Part shown: positions 47,165 to 57,545 of the stretch, in pieces
Layout: each line of letters starts with the position of its first letter
Position numbering within the stretch: the first letter of the stretch is position 1
Assembly (NCBI GenBank): GCA_963787835.1
Contig: CAWBEI010000002.1
Coordinates: 64,001-128,000 of the forward strand
DNA: 64,000 nucleotides
Direction: 5' to 3'
Source: Ignavibacteriota bacterium
GTDB taxonomy: Bacteria > Bacteroidota > Ignavibacteria > Palsa-1295
The notes under the pieces: model-generated
Told to the model about the DNA's origin: nothing
Database searches by the model: none
What the model saw: only the letters and a program-made list of their open reading frames with translations
Translations under genes and position numbers: made by a program

Positions 47165-48628
47165 ATGAGATTTCGATTATTCAGCATAGCTGCTTGTTTC
47201 ATTCTGGCCTGTTCATTCACCCCGTCTCTATCATTCGCTCAGCAGCCAGCGAGCCAATCGACCCCGAGCACGGCGAACATCCCGCGTACCATAACGCTCG
47301 ATGATGCCATCAAGGTGGCCATCGCACGAAATTACACGGTTCAAATTGCTCACAATTCCACCCGTACGCAGGAACTGGTAGCTACGGCCGCGAAAGACTA
47401 CATGTGGCTGCCAACCGTGAATGCCAGCGGCTCCTGGGGGTATAGTTACTCATTGAATCCGGTCTCTCAAGAAGTTCCGGTCGATCCCTATATTCCAGTT
47501 GTTGCACCAAATGGAGATACGGCGTATGCTTTTAACCCGAACCCCACGTATGTGCCGGTCACCCCACCAGCCGGAAGTCAATCGCTTTCCTATAGCGTCT
47601 CGGCAGGTTTGTATTTATTCCATGGCGGAGCCGATGCCGCACAAGTCAATGTAGCAGAATCAGCACTCGGTGCAGACAAGAATAATGATACCTGGACCCG
47701 ACAGATGGCAGCCGACAATGTGACACAAGCCTACCTTAATGTCCTCCTCGATAACGAACTCGTCAATGCAGCAAACTCAACCCTTTCGGAGGCATTGGCT
47801 CAGCTTTCTCTCGTGAAAGGGCAGTACGATGCGGGTGTCGTGCCTATCGTTCAGTACTATCAACAGGATGCTGCAGTCGGCCAGGACTCGCTCGCACTTA
47901 TTCAGGCGGTCAACAATTATAAGAATGCAAAGATAGCTTTACTCTTGACGCTCAACATCCCGCCGGAGCAATTCAATTCTTATACGTTCACTGCCGATGG
48001 GATCGATACTTCCACTTCAGCCGCATCGCGTGCCGCAGTCGATACTTCGATCTCTTCGTCGCGCTTCAATGCCGCGATCGATAAACGTCCGGATATTATC
48101 GCGCAACAGCAAACGATCGATGCAAGTAAATATACCGTCGATGCGACTCGGGATGCACTGTATCCTTCGTTAAAAGCCTCGGTTAGCGTCGGAGGTGGTG
48201 GAACCAATCAAACCATTTCCGATATACATTTTGCCAATACCTTTAATGCAGGACTTACGCTAAGCATCCCTATCTTCGATGCAATGCAAACCCGGCTTGC
48301 GATCGAGGAAGATGAGATAACGGTCGAAACCCAGCAATTACAGTTACAATCGGACGTACAGACCGTGCGAAGCCAGGCAGCGACTGCTGTGAATAATCTC
48401 CAGTCAGCAAGCGAAGCACTCGATGCCAGCGATGCTGCACTTCGCAGTGCGCAAGAGGGCTTGCGCCTTGCCGAGGAACAGCTTTCGGTCGGAAGCGGTA
48501 CGGAGGTATCGGTTGTGGTTGCGGAAGCAACGTTGGAAACCGCACGGACCAGCCGCGTCAACGCCAAGTACAATTGGGTATTCGCACAGCGCCAGCTTGA
48601 TTACATCCTCGGTAAATGGAATTATTGA
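47165..48628 (+). CDS. TolC family outer-membrane efflux protein
   Basis: ITLDDAIK.A...N, two OEP repeats, LSIPIFD. Confidence 0.88.
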   Translation: MRFRLFSIAACFILACSFTPSLSFAQQPASQSTPSTANIPRTITLDDAIKVAIARNYTVQIAHNSTRTQELVATAAKDYMWLPTVNASGSWGYSYSLNPVSQEVPVDPYIPVVAPNGDTAYAFNPNPTYVPVTPPAGSQSLSYSVSAGLYLFHGGADAAQVNVAESALGADKNNDTWTRQMAADNVTQAYLNVLLDNELVNAANSTLSEALAQLSLVKGQYDAGVVPIVQYYQQDAAVGQDSLALIQAVNNYKNAKIALLLTLNIPPEQFNSYTFTADGIDTSTSAASRAAVDTSISSSRFNAAIDKRPDIIAQQQTIDASKYTVDATRDALYPSLKASVSVGGGGTNQTISDIHFANTFNAGLTLSIPIFDAMQTRLAIEEDEITVETQQLQLQSDVQTVRSQAATAVNNLQSASEALDASDAALRSAQEGLRLAEEQLSVGSGTEVSVVVAEATLETARTSRVNAKYNWVFAQRQLDYILGKWNY

Positions 48629-48693
48629 CCGCGCCAAATAACGGCTGACCTTCCTTTCTTTTCGGATCTTCTTTCTTTTTCACACACCTCATC

Positions 48694-50043
48694 ATGCCGG
48701 TAGAAAAAACAACTGGGGGTACCACGACCTCCGAAGCCTCGGCGGGATCCAAGTTACAACTTTCGCAAAAAAAGCGAAAGCGAAGAACAAGAACGATCGT
48801 GATCGTGGTCGGCATCTTTGTGCTGCTTATCGTTCTTGCAGCCATTTTTGGCGGAGGTAAGAAAGATGCGATTGTCGTGCAAACGGAAATAGTGGGACGG
48901 CACACCGTTACCGAAGAAGTTCAGGCAACTGGAAAGATCCAGCCGCAGGTGATGGTCAAAGTTTCGCCGGAAGTATCCGGTGAAATTATCGAATTACCAT
49001 TCAAGGAAGGTGACCGCGTGAAAAAAGGCGATCTTGTAGCGAAGATTAAGCCGCTCGTCTTCCAGGAACAATATGACGCTGCAGAAGCCAGCTACAATTC
49101 TGCAAAGGCGGCAGTTGAGCAACAGCGCGCAACCATGATCCAGGCAGAGGCCAATCTTAAGCGCGGAAAAATGCTGAATGCAGAGCACTTGATGTCCGAT
49201 CAAGACTACGATGCCGCAAAAGCTGCATACGGCTCTTCCGTCGCAGCAGTAAATGCTGCAGATTACACCGCCAAAGCGGCCGAAGGGCAAATGAAGCAGT
49301 TGCAAGAATCTCTTAATTGGACGAACGTGCTTTCGCCGATGGATGGCGTCGTGACGTCCCTCATCTCACAACTTGGAGAAAAAGTCGTTGGTACGGCAAG
49401 TTTTGCTGGCACGGAAATGATGGATATTAGCGATCTTTCGCTTATGAATGCCATGGTCGATGTCGATGAGAATGATGTCGTAAACATCAAGCTTGGCGAT
49501 TCCGTAAAAATCTCGATCGACGCGTTTCCCGACCGGATCTTTACCGGAAAAGTGATCGAGATCGCGAACAGCGCAAAGCTTTCTGGAACCGGTACGCAGG
49601 ATCAATCGACCAATTTCACCGTTAAAGTTCGGCTCGATGATTTCGGCGCACAGGATCTTCGACCGGGCATGAGCTGCACGGCACGAATACAAACCCAGAC
49701 AAAAGAGAACGTCATTGCCGTTCCTCTGATGGCTGTAACTCGCAGGGATAATGAGGATACGCAGGCTGCGGACTCCCTCAAAAAAATTCGCGAGGCCAAC
49801 AAAGGGACCTTTCACCAGGAGGATGAATCCTACGCACTCGTCTTTATCGTCAATAAAGATACCGCAAAAAGTGTCACGGTTAAAACGGGACTTTCCGATA
49901 ACAACTATGTAGAAATTTTGGATGGCCTGAAGGGCGGCGAAGAAGTCGTGAAGGGAAATTTTAGAGCAGTCTCAAAGGAGTTGGAAAACGGCAAGATCGT
50001 AACGGTCGATAATTCCGGAAAGACTGGACCAGCAAAAGATTAG
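48694..50043 (+). CDS. MacA-like periplasmic adaptor
   Basis: ATGKIQP...VSGEI...KEGD.VKKG, SPMDG, LRPGMS. Confidence 0.9.
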   Translation: MPVEKTTGGTTTSEASAGSKLQLSQKKRKRRTRTIVIVVGIFVLLIVLAAIFGGGKKDAIVVQTEIVGRHTVTEEVQATGKIQPQVMVKVSPEVSGEIIELPFKEGDRVKKGDLVAKIKPLVFQEQYDAAEASYNSAKAAVEQQRATMIQAEANLKRGKMLNAEHLMSDQDYDAAKAAYGSSVAAVNAADYTAKAAEGQMKQLQESLNWTNVLSPMDGVVTSLISQLGEKVVGTASFAGTEMMDISDLSLMNAMVDVDENDVVNIKLGDSVKISIDAFPDRIFTGKVIEIANSAKLSGTGTQDQSTNFTVKVRLDDFGAQDLRPGMSCTARIQTQTKENVIAVPLMAVTRRDNEDTQAADSLKKIREANKGTFHQEDESYALVFIVNKDTAKSVTVKTGLSDNNYVEILDGLKGGEEVVKGNFRAVSKELENGKIVTVDNSGKTGPAKD

Positions 50044-50046
50044 CTT

Positions 50047-50796
50047 ATGGAAACAAATAATTTCATCGCCGAGATGGGGCATTCCGCCGAGAACTCTGTG
50101 ATCTTTATGGAGCAAGTCCAGAAGATCTACAAAATGGGCGAGGAGTATATCTATGCGCTTCGCGGGCTTACGGTAGGGGTCAAAAAGAACGAGTATGTCG
50201 CTATTATGGGCCCATCGGGTTCCGGTAAATCGACCTTGATGAATCTTATTGGCTGCCTGGACTCTCCCACATCCGGAAATTATTTCTTCAATGGCTTGAA
50301 CGTTGCAGGACTCGATGATGATGACCTTGCCGAAATTCGCAACCGCGAGATCGGCTTTGTGTTCCAAACATTTAACCTGCTTCCACGCAGTGACTCCCTC
50401 CGTAATGTCGAACTTCCTCTGATTTACGCTGGCGTAGGAAAAGATGAGCGCCGTGAGCGAGCACTCGAGGCACTCCATCAAGTTGGTTTGGCTGACCGAG
50501 CCGGCCATAAACCGAACGAACTTTCCGGAGGTCAGCGACAACGCGTGGCTGTCGCCCGCGCACTGGTCACGCGGCCATCTATCATTCTTGCTGACGAACC
50601 CACCGGTAATCTCGATTCGAAGACCGGCGAGGACATCATGCGCTTGTTCCGAGAACTGCGCGATCAGGGCAATACGCTGATCGTCGTCACGCACGAAGAA
50701 GATATCGCCCGCCATGCCGAACGCATCGTGCGCATCAAGGACGGCCTTGTCGAGCATGATGATTTTGTCCCACAAAACGAGCGCATCTTAGACTGA
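50047..50796 (+). CDS. MacB/LolD-type ABC ATPase
   Basis: [37 protein letters not shown]. Confidence 0.95.
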   Translation: METNNFIAEMGHSAENSVIFMEQVQKIYKMGEEYIYALRGLTVGVKKNEYVAIMGPSGSGKSTLMNLIGCLDSPTSGNYFFNGLNVAGLDDDDLAEIRNREIGFVFQTFNLLPRSDSLRNVELPLIYAGVGKDERRERALEALHQVGLADRAGHKPNELSGGQRQRVAVARALVTRPSIILADEPTGNLDSKTGEDIMRLFRELRDQGNTLIVVTHEEDIARHAERIVRIKDGLVEHDDFVPQNERILD

Positions 50797-50815
50797 TCTA
50801 CCTTAGCAATCCACC

Positions 50816-52060
50816 GTGCCACGCAGCATTCAAGATACGATCGAAGGCATTGCGATGGCGCGCACGGCGCTCCGCGCTAATCCTCTGCGTTCGGCGCTCA
50901 CGATGCTTGGAATTATCATCGGCATTGTCACCGTCACGCTGATGAGTTCGTTCCTCACTGGACTTACCGATATGTTCCTCAACACCACGAGCTTCATGGG
51001 AACCGACGTCTATTACATTAACAAATTCAATTGGATGGGCGGCGATTGGTTGCAGCAGATGAATAGGCCGAAAGTTACCGTCGAGGATGCCTACCAACTT
51101 CGCCAACGCATGACCACGGCAAAGGCGATCGGACTTTCTGCCCAATTAGATCTCAACATAAAATACAAGCTTGCGGAAGTTGAAGATGTGACGGGCGAAG
51201 GAGTCGATGCCGGCTACGAAACGGCAAACTCCATCGAAATGGATCAGGGGCGATTTTTCGCTACCCAGGAGCTTGCAAGCGCACGTCCTGTTTGTATCAT
51301 AGGACATGATGTCTGGACTAACATTTTTCATAAGGCCGATCCTATAGGAAAAGAGGTTCGGGCGAATGGATATACGCTCCAGGTGATCGGTGTATCGAAG
51401 CAAGTTGGCGGGATGTTCGGCGAATTTGCGGATAACAGGATCTTGATGCCTTTGCAAACGCTTTTCAATGCATACGGGAACCCGGACCAATCGCTTACCA
51501 TCGCAGTCAAGGCGAAAAATCCTCTTGATAAAGAAGATACCAAAGCCGAAGCAGAGTATCAAATGCGAGTGATCCGCAAGCTTAAACCACAAGACCGAGA
51601 TAATTTTGGAATTAACAGCCAGGATCAATTCAACCAGACGTTTGATGCGCTCACAAGCGTTCTTAAAATGATCGGTTTAACGATCACCAGCCTTTCTTTG
51701 CTGGTAGGAGGCATCGGCATCATGAATATCATGTTCGTGAGTGTGAAAGAGCGCACGCGAGAGATAGGCATTCGTAAGGCTATTGGCGCGCGACGCCGTG
51801 TGATCCTCACACAATTTCTTTCCGAGGCATCAATGCTTTGCCTGATCGCGGGCTTCATTGGAATTGTCATTGCTTACACTGCGTCCGCGATCATCAATAG
51901 CTACGTGCTTAATGCAGATTCGGCAGTTCATTTACATTTTACTATCGGGCTGATCTTGATAGGGCTTGGACTTTCTATAGCGATCGGATTAGTGAGCGGA
52001 CTGCTTCCCGCCTGGCGCGCCAGCAAGCTTGATCCGGTGGATGCACTTCGATACGAATAA
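50816..52060 (+). CDS. MacB/FtsX-type ABC permease
   Basis: LRSALTMLGIIIG, GGIGIMNIM.VSVKERTREIGIRKAIGA. Confidence 0.93.
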   Translation: MPRSIQDTIEGIAMARTALRANPLRSALTMLGIIIGIVTVTLMSSFLTGLTDMFLNTTSFMGTDVYYINKFNWMGGDWLQQMNRPKVTVEDAYQLRQRMTTAKAIGLSAQLDLNIKYKLAEVEDVTGEGVDAGYETANSIEMDQGRFFATQELASARPVCIIGHDVWTNIFHKADPIGKEVRANGYTLQVIGVSKQVGGMFGEFADNRILMPLQTLFNAYGNPDQSLTIAVKAKNPLDKEDTKAEAEYQMRVIRKLKPQDRDNFGINSQDQFNQTFDALTSVLKMIGLTITSLSLLVGGIGIMNIMFVSVKERTREIGIRKAIGARRRVILTQFLSEASMLCLIAGFIGIVIAYTASAIINSYVLNADSAVHLHFTIGLILIGLGLSIAIGLVSGLLPAWRASKLDPVDALRYE

Positions 52061-53290
52061 ATGTTAGAGAACATTCGTCAGGCGTTCGCTTCCCTTCGCT
52101 CGAACAAGCTTCGGAGCGCGCTCACGCTGCTTGGGATCGTCGTTGGCGTATTTTCTATTATTGGTGTCATGACCGCGCTTGGCGCGCTTACTAATAGCGT
52201 CGATAACTCACTCTCGCAACTCGGCGCGCAAACGTTTACGGTTAAGAAATGGCCATCTATTCAGATCGGCGGCAGCGATTGGAGAAAGTACGCCCGACGC
52301 AAACCGATCACCTACGAACAAATAAAATTCGTTCGGCAAACGGCCGAACTTCCGCTTGCAATCAGCGCAGAAAATATGTACGCGCCGCTCACCGTTGCGT
52401 ATGGGAATGAAAAAAGCGACCCACAATTCCAGCTCTACGGATCGGACGAAAATTATAGCGTTAATCATAGCCGCGACATTGCTAAAGGAAGAATGCTAAC
52501 AGCAGCCGACGTGCAATATGGCCGCGATGTAACGGTGCTGGGGCAGGATATTGTTGATCGGGTTTTTAAGCACGGAGAAGACCCATTAGGAAAGACCGTC
52601 CGCATGAACGATCACAATTATCAGGTGATCGGCGTGTTCGAACGAAAAGGCGGTGGCATGGGACAAAGCGAGGATGGCTTCGCGCTCATTCCCGTTACCA
52701 ATGAAATTAAGTATTTCATTCAGCCGGAATATACTTCCCTTCAGATGACGGTTCGTGCGCGGTCAAAAGCGGCCTTTGATGAAACACAGGATGAGATCAT
52801 CGGCGCGCTCCGCTCGGTGCGCGGCGTTAAACCGGGAGCAGAAAATGATTTCGAACTTGAGAACAACACCAGCCTCACTTTGCAATTGGGTCCATTCATG
52901 GATTACACGAAGCTTATCGGATTTGGAATAAGTGCTATCGCAATGCTTGCGGCCTCCATTGGGATTATGAATATCATGCTTGTTTCTGTGACCGAACGGA
53001 CGAAAGAAATTGGCATTCGAAAAGCATTGGGCGCTACGAAGTTCGATATAGCCGGGCAATTCCTTACGGAGGCCGTTGTGCTTTGCTTAGTTGGTGGACT
53101 GATCGGCATTGCGATCGGCGTTGGTATCGGGAACATACTCGCGGTGTTCATTCATGCGAGCGTCTATATCCCGATTCTCTGGGTCTTTATCGGGCTTGGG
53201 GTTTGCGTGCTCGTAGGAGTGGTTTTCGGACTTATTCCTGCAATCAAAGCTGCGAATATGGATCCTATTGACGCACTGAGATTCGAGTAA
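52061..53290 (+). CDS. MacB/FtsX-type ABC permease (paralog)
   Basis: Same motifs as the upstream permease; DPIDALRFE. Confidence 0.93.
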   Translation: MLENIRQAFASLRSNKLRSALTLLGIVVGVFSIIGVMTALGALTNSVDNSLSQLGAQTFTVKKWPSIQIGGSDWRKYARRKPITYEQIKFVRQTAELPLAISAENMYAPLTVAYGNEKSDPQFQLYGSDENYSVNHSRDIAKGRMLTAADVQYGRDVTVLGQDIVDRVFKHGEDPLGKTVRMNDHNYQVIGVFERKGGGMGQSEDGFALIPVTNEIKYFIQPEYTSLQMTVRARSKAAFDETQDEIIGALRSVRGVKPGAENDFELENNTSLTLQLGPFMDYTKLIGFGISAIAMLAASIGIMNIMLVSVTERTKEIGIRKALGATKFDIAGQFLTEAVVLCLVGGLIGIAIGVGIGNILAVFIHASVYIPILWVFIGLGVCVLVGVVFGLIPAIKAANMDPIDALRFE

Positions 53291-53291
53291 A

Positions 53292-53549
53292 ATGAAAAAC
53301 AACATCCTCAAGATATTCAAGTCCCATGCTTCGGATGAAACGCTGAAACGATCCCTTACCAAAACGATTAGTTATCGGGTTATCATTTTAACCCTTGATT
53401 TTACAACGGTCTATCTTTTTACGGGGAAACTAACCATAGCATTAGGCTTTACGATTATCAGTAATACATACACGACCATCGGATACTTTCTGCATGAGCG
53501 GATTTGGGATCGAATTAAATGGGGCAAAATATCGGCTCAAAAGATTTAG
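53292..53549 (+). CDS. DUF2061 small membrane protein
   Basis: RSLTKTISYR...YFLHERIWDRIKWG. Confidence 0.85.
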   Translation: MKNNILKIFKSHASDETLKRSLTKTISYRVIILTLDFTTVYLFTGKLTIALGFTIISNTYTTIGYFLHERIWDRIKWGKISAQKI

Positions 53550-53573
53550 CCTGCGATCTTCGAGATTTTTCTA

Positions 53574-54275
53574 ATGACTTCTTCACACTATACTCCGGAA
53601 CGGCATAACACCAACAAAACCGGCTGGCTACGAGCTGCAGTATTAGGAGCGAACGATGGCATCCTTTCGACTGCCAGTTTGGTAGTGGGTGTGGCTGCGG
53701 CACATGCCGCGCACGATAGTATCCTGATCGCGGGTATCGCGGGGCTTGTTGCAGGGGCAATGTCTATGGCAGCCGGCGAATATGTATCCGTCAGTTCCCA
53801 GGCCGATACCGAGAATGCCGATCTGAAAGTCGAGCGTAGGGAACTCGCGACCAACCCGGAGTTCGAGCATCGAGAATTAGCGAAGATCTATGAAGGACGA
53901 GGATTAAATCCGCAACTTGCGCGGCAAGTTGCCGATGAACTGATGGCCCACGATGCCCTTGCCGCACATGCCCGCGACGAACTGGGTATTTCCGAAGCAG
54001 TAAAACCACGTCCTGTTCAGGCAGCGATGGCTTCGGCAGCTTCCTTTTTTGTTGGAGCAGCATTGCCATTGCTGGTCGTTCTTCTTGTGCCGGATGGGAA
54101 CCTCATTCCAGCGGTGTCTATTGCATCGCTTATTTTTCTTGCCACGCTTGGCGCTGTTGCGGCAAAAACCGGTGGCGCGGACATGATGAAAGGTGCGATT
54201 CGCGTTACCTTTTGGGGTGCGCTTGCGCTTGCCGTGACGGCTGGGATCGGTGCGCTATTTGGGACGGTGGTATAG
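53574..54275 (+). CDS. VIT1/CCC1 Fe/Mn transporter
   Basis: WLRAAVLGANDG, SMAAGEYVSVSSQ. Confidence 0.93.
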   Translation: MTSSHYTPERHNTNKTGWLRAAVLGANDGILSTASLVVGVAAAHAAHDSILIAGIAGLVAGAMSMAAGEYVSVSSQADTENADLKVERRELATNPEFEHRELAKIYEGRGLNPQLARQVADELMAHDALAAHARDELGISEAVKPRPVQAAMASAASFFVGAALPLLVVLLVPDGNLIPAVSIASLIFLATLGAVAAKTGGADMMKGAIRVTFWGALALAVTAGIGALFGTVV

Positions 54276-54281
54276 CTCTCC

Positions 54282-54773
54282 TTAATGTTGAGGGAGCAGT
54301 TTGGGTAGTATCGCTGGATCAGGCGAACTGCCTGGATCCGGAGTTTGCCGCCAATTGACGACGAAATTCTTCTCGAGCGTCACGCCTTTATCCGTCTTGG
54401 GCATCTGCACAAGCGTATCGACGGACTGCACGAACGTCCCCTCGATATGCACCCAATATTTTCTGCCCGGTTTGAGAATAAGCAGATACCGGCCTGATTC
54501 GGAATTTGCACGCCCGGCGGTCATTTCCTGAATAGCGCAGGTGGTGACATCGTTGGAGGTATCTTCATCGGCTGCGCTTTCTCCGGTTTCATGCACGGAA
54601 AGCCGCACAGTCGCGGGTTTCTGATCAGCTGTAAATACGCAGCCTTTTAGCACACAGACCGGCTTTGAAAATTGCGCCTGCGCGAGCGTTGGAATAAGAA
54701 CGATGCACGAAGCTGCAATTGTGAAAACAACGAAAGCAGTAGCGACGAAAGAACTCAAGTAAAAGCGTTTCAT
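54282..54773 (-). CDS. Hypothetical secreted protein
   Basis: Signal peptide ending AQA; beta-sandwich-like (GRYLLILKPG.KY). Confidence 0.6.
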   Translation of the reverse strand: MKRFYLSSFVATAFVVFTIAASCIVLIPTLAQAQFSKPVCVLKGCVFTADQKPATVRLSVHETGESAADEDTSNDVTTCAIQEMTAGRANSESGRYLLILKPGRKYWVHIEGTFVQSVDTLVQMPKTDKGVTLEKNFVVNWRQTPDPGSSPDPAILPKLLPQH

Positions 54774-54885
54774 TTTAGACAGGAATTAGCACTGATTTAG
54801 TGACATTAATGGTTAACCCATGCCGAAGCTTACGAGTTCACTTCGGTGGTTGGCAGGTTACGTGTTGACCGCCCATTTGCATTCG

Positions 54886-54893
54886 TATTTTTG
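54886..54893 (+). promoter_or_regulatory. TAnnTTTG -7 promoter box
   Basis: CGTATTTTTG 50 nt upstream of ATG 54944; TTG at 54865. Confidence 0.55.
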
Positions 54894-54943
54894 CCATCAA
54901 TTCATTTCTGGAATTCTTCAATTTTGACTCAGGATCGATCCTT

Positions 54944-57460
54944 ATGAAAGCTATCATCATGGCAGGCGGATTCGGTACGCGGCTCAGGCCGCTGACGATG
55001 AACTTACCCAAACCAATGGTCCCCATGATGAACCGGCCCATGATGGAGCATATCGTCAACCTGCTCAAGCGGCATGGGATGTCGGATATTACAGCGCTCC
55101 TGTATTTTCATCCGGATGCGATCACGTCGCATTTTGGGGATGGCTCGGCGTTCGGGTGTTCGATGAAATACATTCGCGCGGAGGCAGATTTCGGCACTGC
55201 CGGAAGTGTACGTAATGCAACGGGGCAGCTTGGGATGACCGAACCGGTACTTGTCATCTCCGGGGATGTGCTTACGGATTTCGATCTCTCGGCTGCCATC
55301 GCATTTCACAAAGAGAAAAAAGCGCTGGCGACGATCGTTCTGACCCACGCGAAAAATCCGCTTCAGTTCGGCATCGTGATGACAAATCCGGATTCCGAGA
55401 TCACGCGGTTTCTCGAAAAGCCATCCTGGGGCGAAGTGTTTTCAGATACCATCAACACGGGAATTTATATTCTCGAACCCGAAGCGTATGCGGAGATCCC
55501 CTACAAACGCGAATTCGATTTCAGCAAGGACCTCTTCCCTGCCCTTCTGAAAAAACCCGGCGCGCTCGTAGGATATATTGCTGATGGCTACTGGCGCGAT
55601 GTTGGGAATCTTTCGGAATACCATGAGGCGCACATGGATGCCCTGCACGGACTTGTAAATCTCGAAGTTCAGGGTGAGCGGCGAAATGGCGCTATCGTCG
55701 AGGAGGGTTGCGAGGTTGGTGGCGCGCGGTTTCGTGGGCAGAATGCCATTGCGAAGGGAACGAACATTGAAGATGGCGCCATCATTACGAATTCCATTAT
55801 CGGCGCGGGCTGCCACATCGAGGCGGGAGCTATTGTGGAGAATTCCATCCTGTGGGATGGCACTCGCGTAGGGCGCAATGCCAGCATGAGCCACGTCGTG
55901 GCATGCTTCAATGTCCTTGTTGGCGACCGCGCGACCATCGACGAAAATGTATTTATCGGCGAAGGATCGCAAGTTGCGGAGGCCGCGCATATTTTGCCGA
56001 ATGTAAAGCTCTGGCCCGGCAAACGGGTCGAGGCCGGGGCGACGCTGCAAACAAGTCTTGTCTGGGAAGACCGCTGGAACCGCGAGCTGTTTATGAACTC
56101 CCGCATTTCCGGAACTTCGAATATCGAACTCATCCCGGAATTTGCTGCGAAGGTTGGCGCGTCGCTTGGCGCGCAGGTGGGAATGGGTCAGCGGGTGGTC
56201 ATCAGCCGCGATAGCGACCCCGGCTCGCGCGTGCTTTCCCGCGCCCTCGGCACAGGACTGATGAGCGCCGGAATCATTGTGGTCGATATGCAGCAAACGC
56301 CGATACCGCTCACCCGGCATCATCTGCGCGATGCGCGGCAATCCGGCGGGGTGCATGTACGGAAGAATCCGATGGACCGGCACCGGTCGGATATGATCTT
56401 TTTCGATTCCGGCGGGTACGATCTGCCCTCCAGCAAAGGGAAATCCATCGAGCGGTATTTCTTTGGCGAGGATTTCCCACGCGCACCGTTCGATAAGGTG
56501 GGCACGATCGAGTTCCCGGCGCATACTGGTGAAATATACACCAAACGATTCACCGGCGCGCTGGATGTTGCGCTCATCACGCGCGCGCATTTTAAGATCG
56601 CCATCGATTATGCCAATGGTATTGCCTCGACGATCTTCCCGAACATTCTCGGCGCCTTCGGCTGCGAGGTGGTTTCCATGAATGCCTATCTTGAGCCATC
56701 CCGCCTCACGCGCGGGCGTGAAGAATTCGAGCGCTCTCTCCGGCATCTTGCCAATGTGGTGAAATCGTTGAGTTACCAGATCGGATTTATTCTGGACGCC
56801 GGTGGCGAGCGTGTCGGGATCGTCGATGAAACTGGCAACATTTATACGAACAACGATCTGCTGACATTACTGACCAAGCTCTTCCTCGAAAGCGAAGCGA
56901 AGCGCGGACGCACCGTCGGCAAGATCGCGGTTCCCGTCTCGGCCACCAGCGAGATCGAGGAACTCGCCGCACAGCATAACGTCGAAATAGTCTATACGAA
57001 GAATACGCACGCGGATATGATGCGCGCCAGTGGCGATGACGTGAGTTTCGTCGGTGGTACGCTGGGCGGCGCGATCTTCCCGGATTATTTCTTTGCCGTC
57101 GATGGAATGTTCACGGTGGCAAAAACGCTCGAAATGCTGGCGGTGCTCGGCAAGAACTTAGGCGATGTTGCACGCGATATGCCGCACCATGCGCAAACCC
57201 GCGTGCAGGTGCACTGCCCGACCGAGGAACTTGGGCGCGTCATGCGCTACGCGATGGACCACTCGCAGCACATGAAAAAAGTGCTCATCGACGGAATCAA
57301 ATTCTACCCACACCACGATGGCGCGTGGGTGCTGGTGCTGCCCGACAAAGAGCGCCCCTACTGCACCGTCCTAACCGACGCCGCCACGCAGGAGGAAGCT
57401 GATGCACTCTCGAAAGAGTATGCGATGTTGGTTGAAGCATGGCGAAAGGCGGGAGAATGA
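54944..57460 (+). CDS. Mannose-1-phosphate guanylyltransferase / phosphomannomutase-like fusion
   Basis: GGFGTRLRPLT..PKP NTP-transferase, hexapeptide repeats, PGM/PMM-like C-terminal half. Confidence 0.92.
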   Translation: MKAIIMAGGFGTRLRPLTMNLPKPMVPMMNRPMMEHIVNLLKRHGMSDITALLYFHPDAITSHFGDGSAFGCSMKYIRAEADFGTAGSVRNATGQLGMTEPVLVISGDVLTDFDLSAAIAFHKEKKALATIVLTHAKNPLQFGIVMTNPDSEITRFLEKPSWGEVFSDTINTGIYILEPEAYAEIPYKREFDFSKDLFPALLKKPGALVGYIADGYWRDVGNLSEYHEAHMDALHGLVNLEVQGERRNGAIVEEGCEVGGARFRGQNAIAKGTNIEDGAIITNSIIGAGCHIEAGAIVENSILWDGTRVGRNASMSHVVACFNVLVGDRATIDENVFIGEGSQVAEAAHILPNVKLWPGKRVEAGATLQTSLVWEDRWNRELFMNSRISGTSNIELIPEFAAKVGASLGAQVGMGQRVVISRDSDPGSRVLSRALGTGLMSAGIIVVDMQQTPIPLTRHHLRDARQSGGVHVRKNPMDRHRSDMIFFDSGGYDLPSSKGKSIERYFFGEDFPRAPFDKVGTIEFPAHTGEIYTKRFTGALDVALITRAHFKIAIDYANGIASTIFPNILGAFGCEVVSMNAYLEPSRLTRGREEFERSLRHLANVVKSLSYQIGFILDAGGERVGIVDETGNIYTNNDLLTLLTKLFLESEAKRGRTVGKIAVPVSATSEIEELAAQHNVEIVYTKNTHADMMRASGDDVSFVGGTLGGAIFPDYFFAVDGMFTVAKTLEMLAVLGKNLGDVARDMPHHAQTRVQVHCPTEELGRVMRYAMDHSQHMKKVLIDGIKFYPHHDGAWVLVLPDKERPYCTVLTDAATQEEADALSKEYAMLVEAWRKAGE

Positions 57461-57545
57461 GTCATAGCAGGCGTGAACCGGATAGGACAACTATTGTTCA
57501 TTAGAATGATTTTGCTATGAACACCGCAAATAATAGACAGTATAA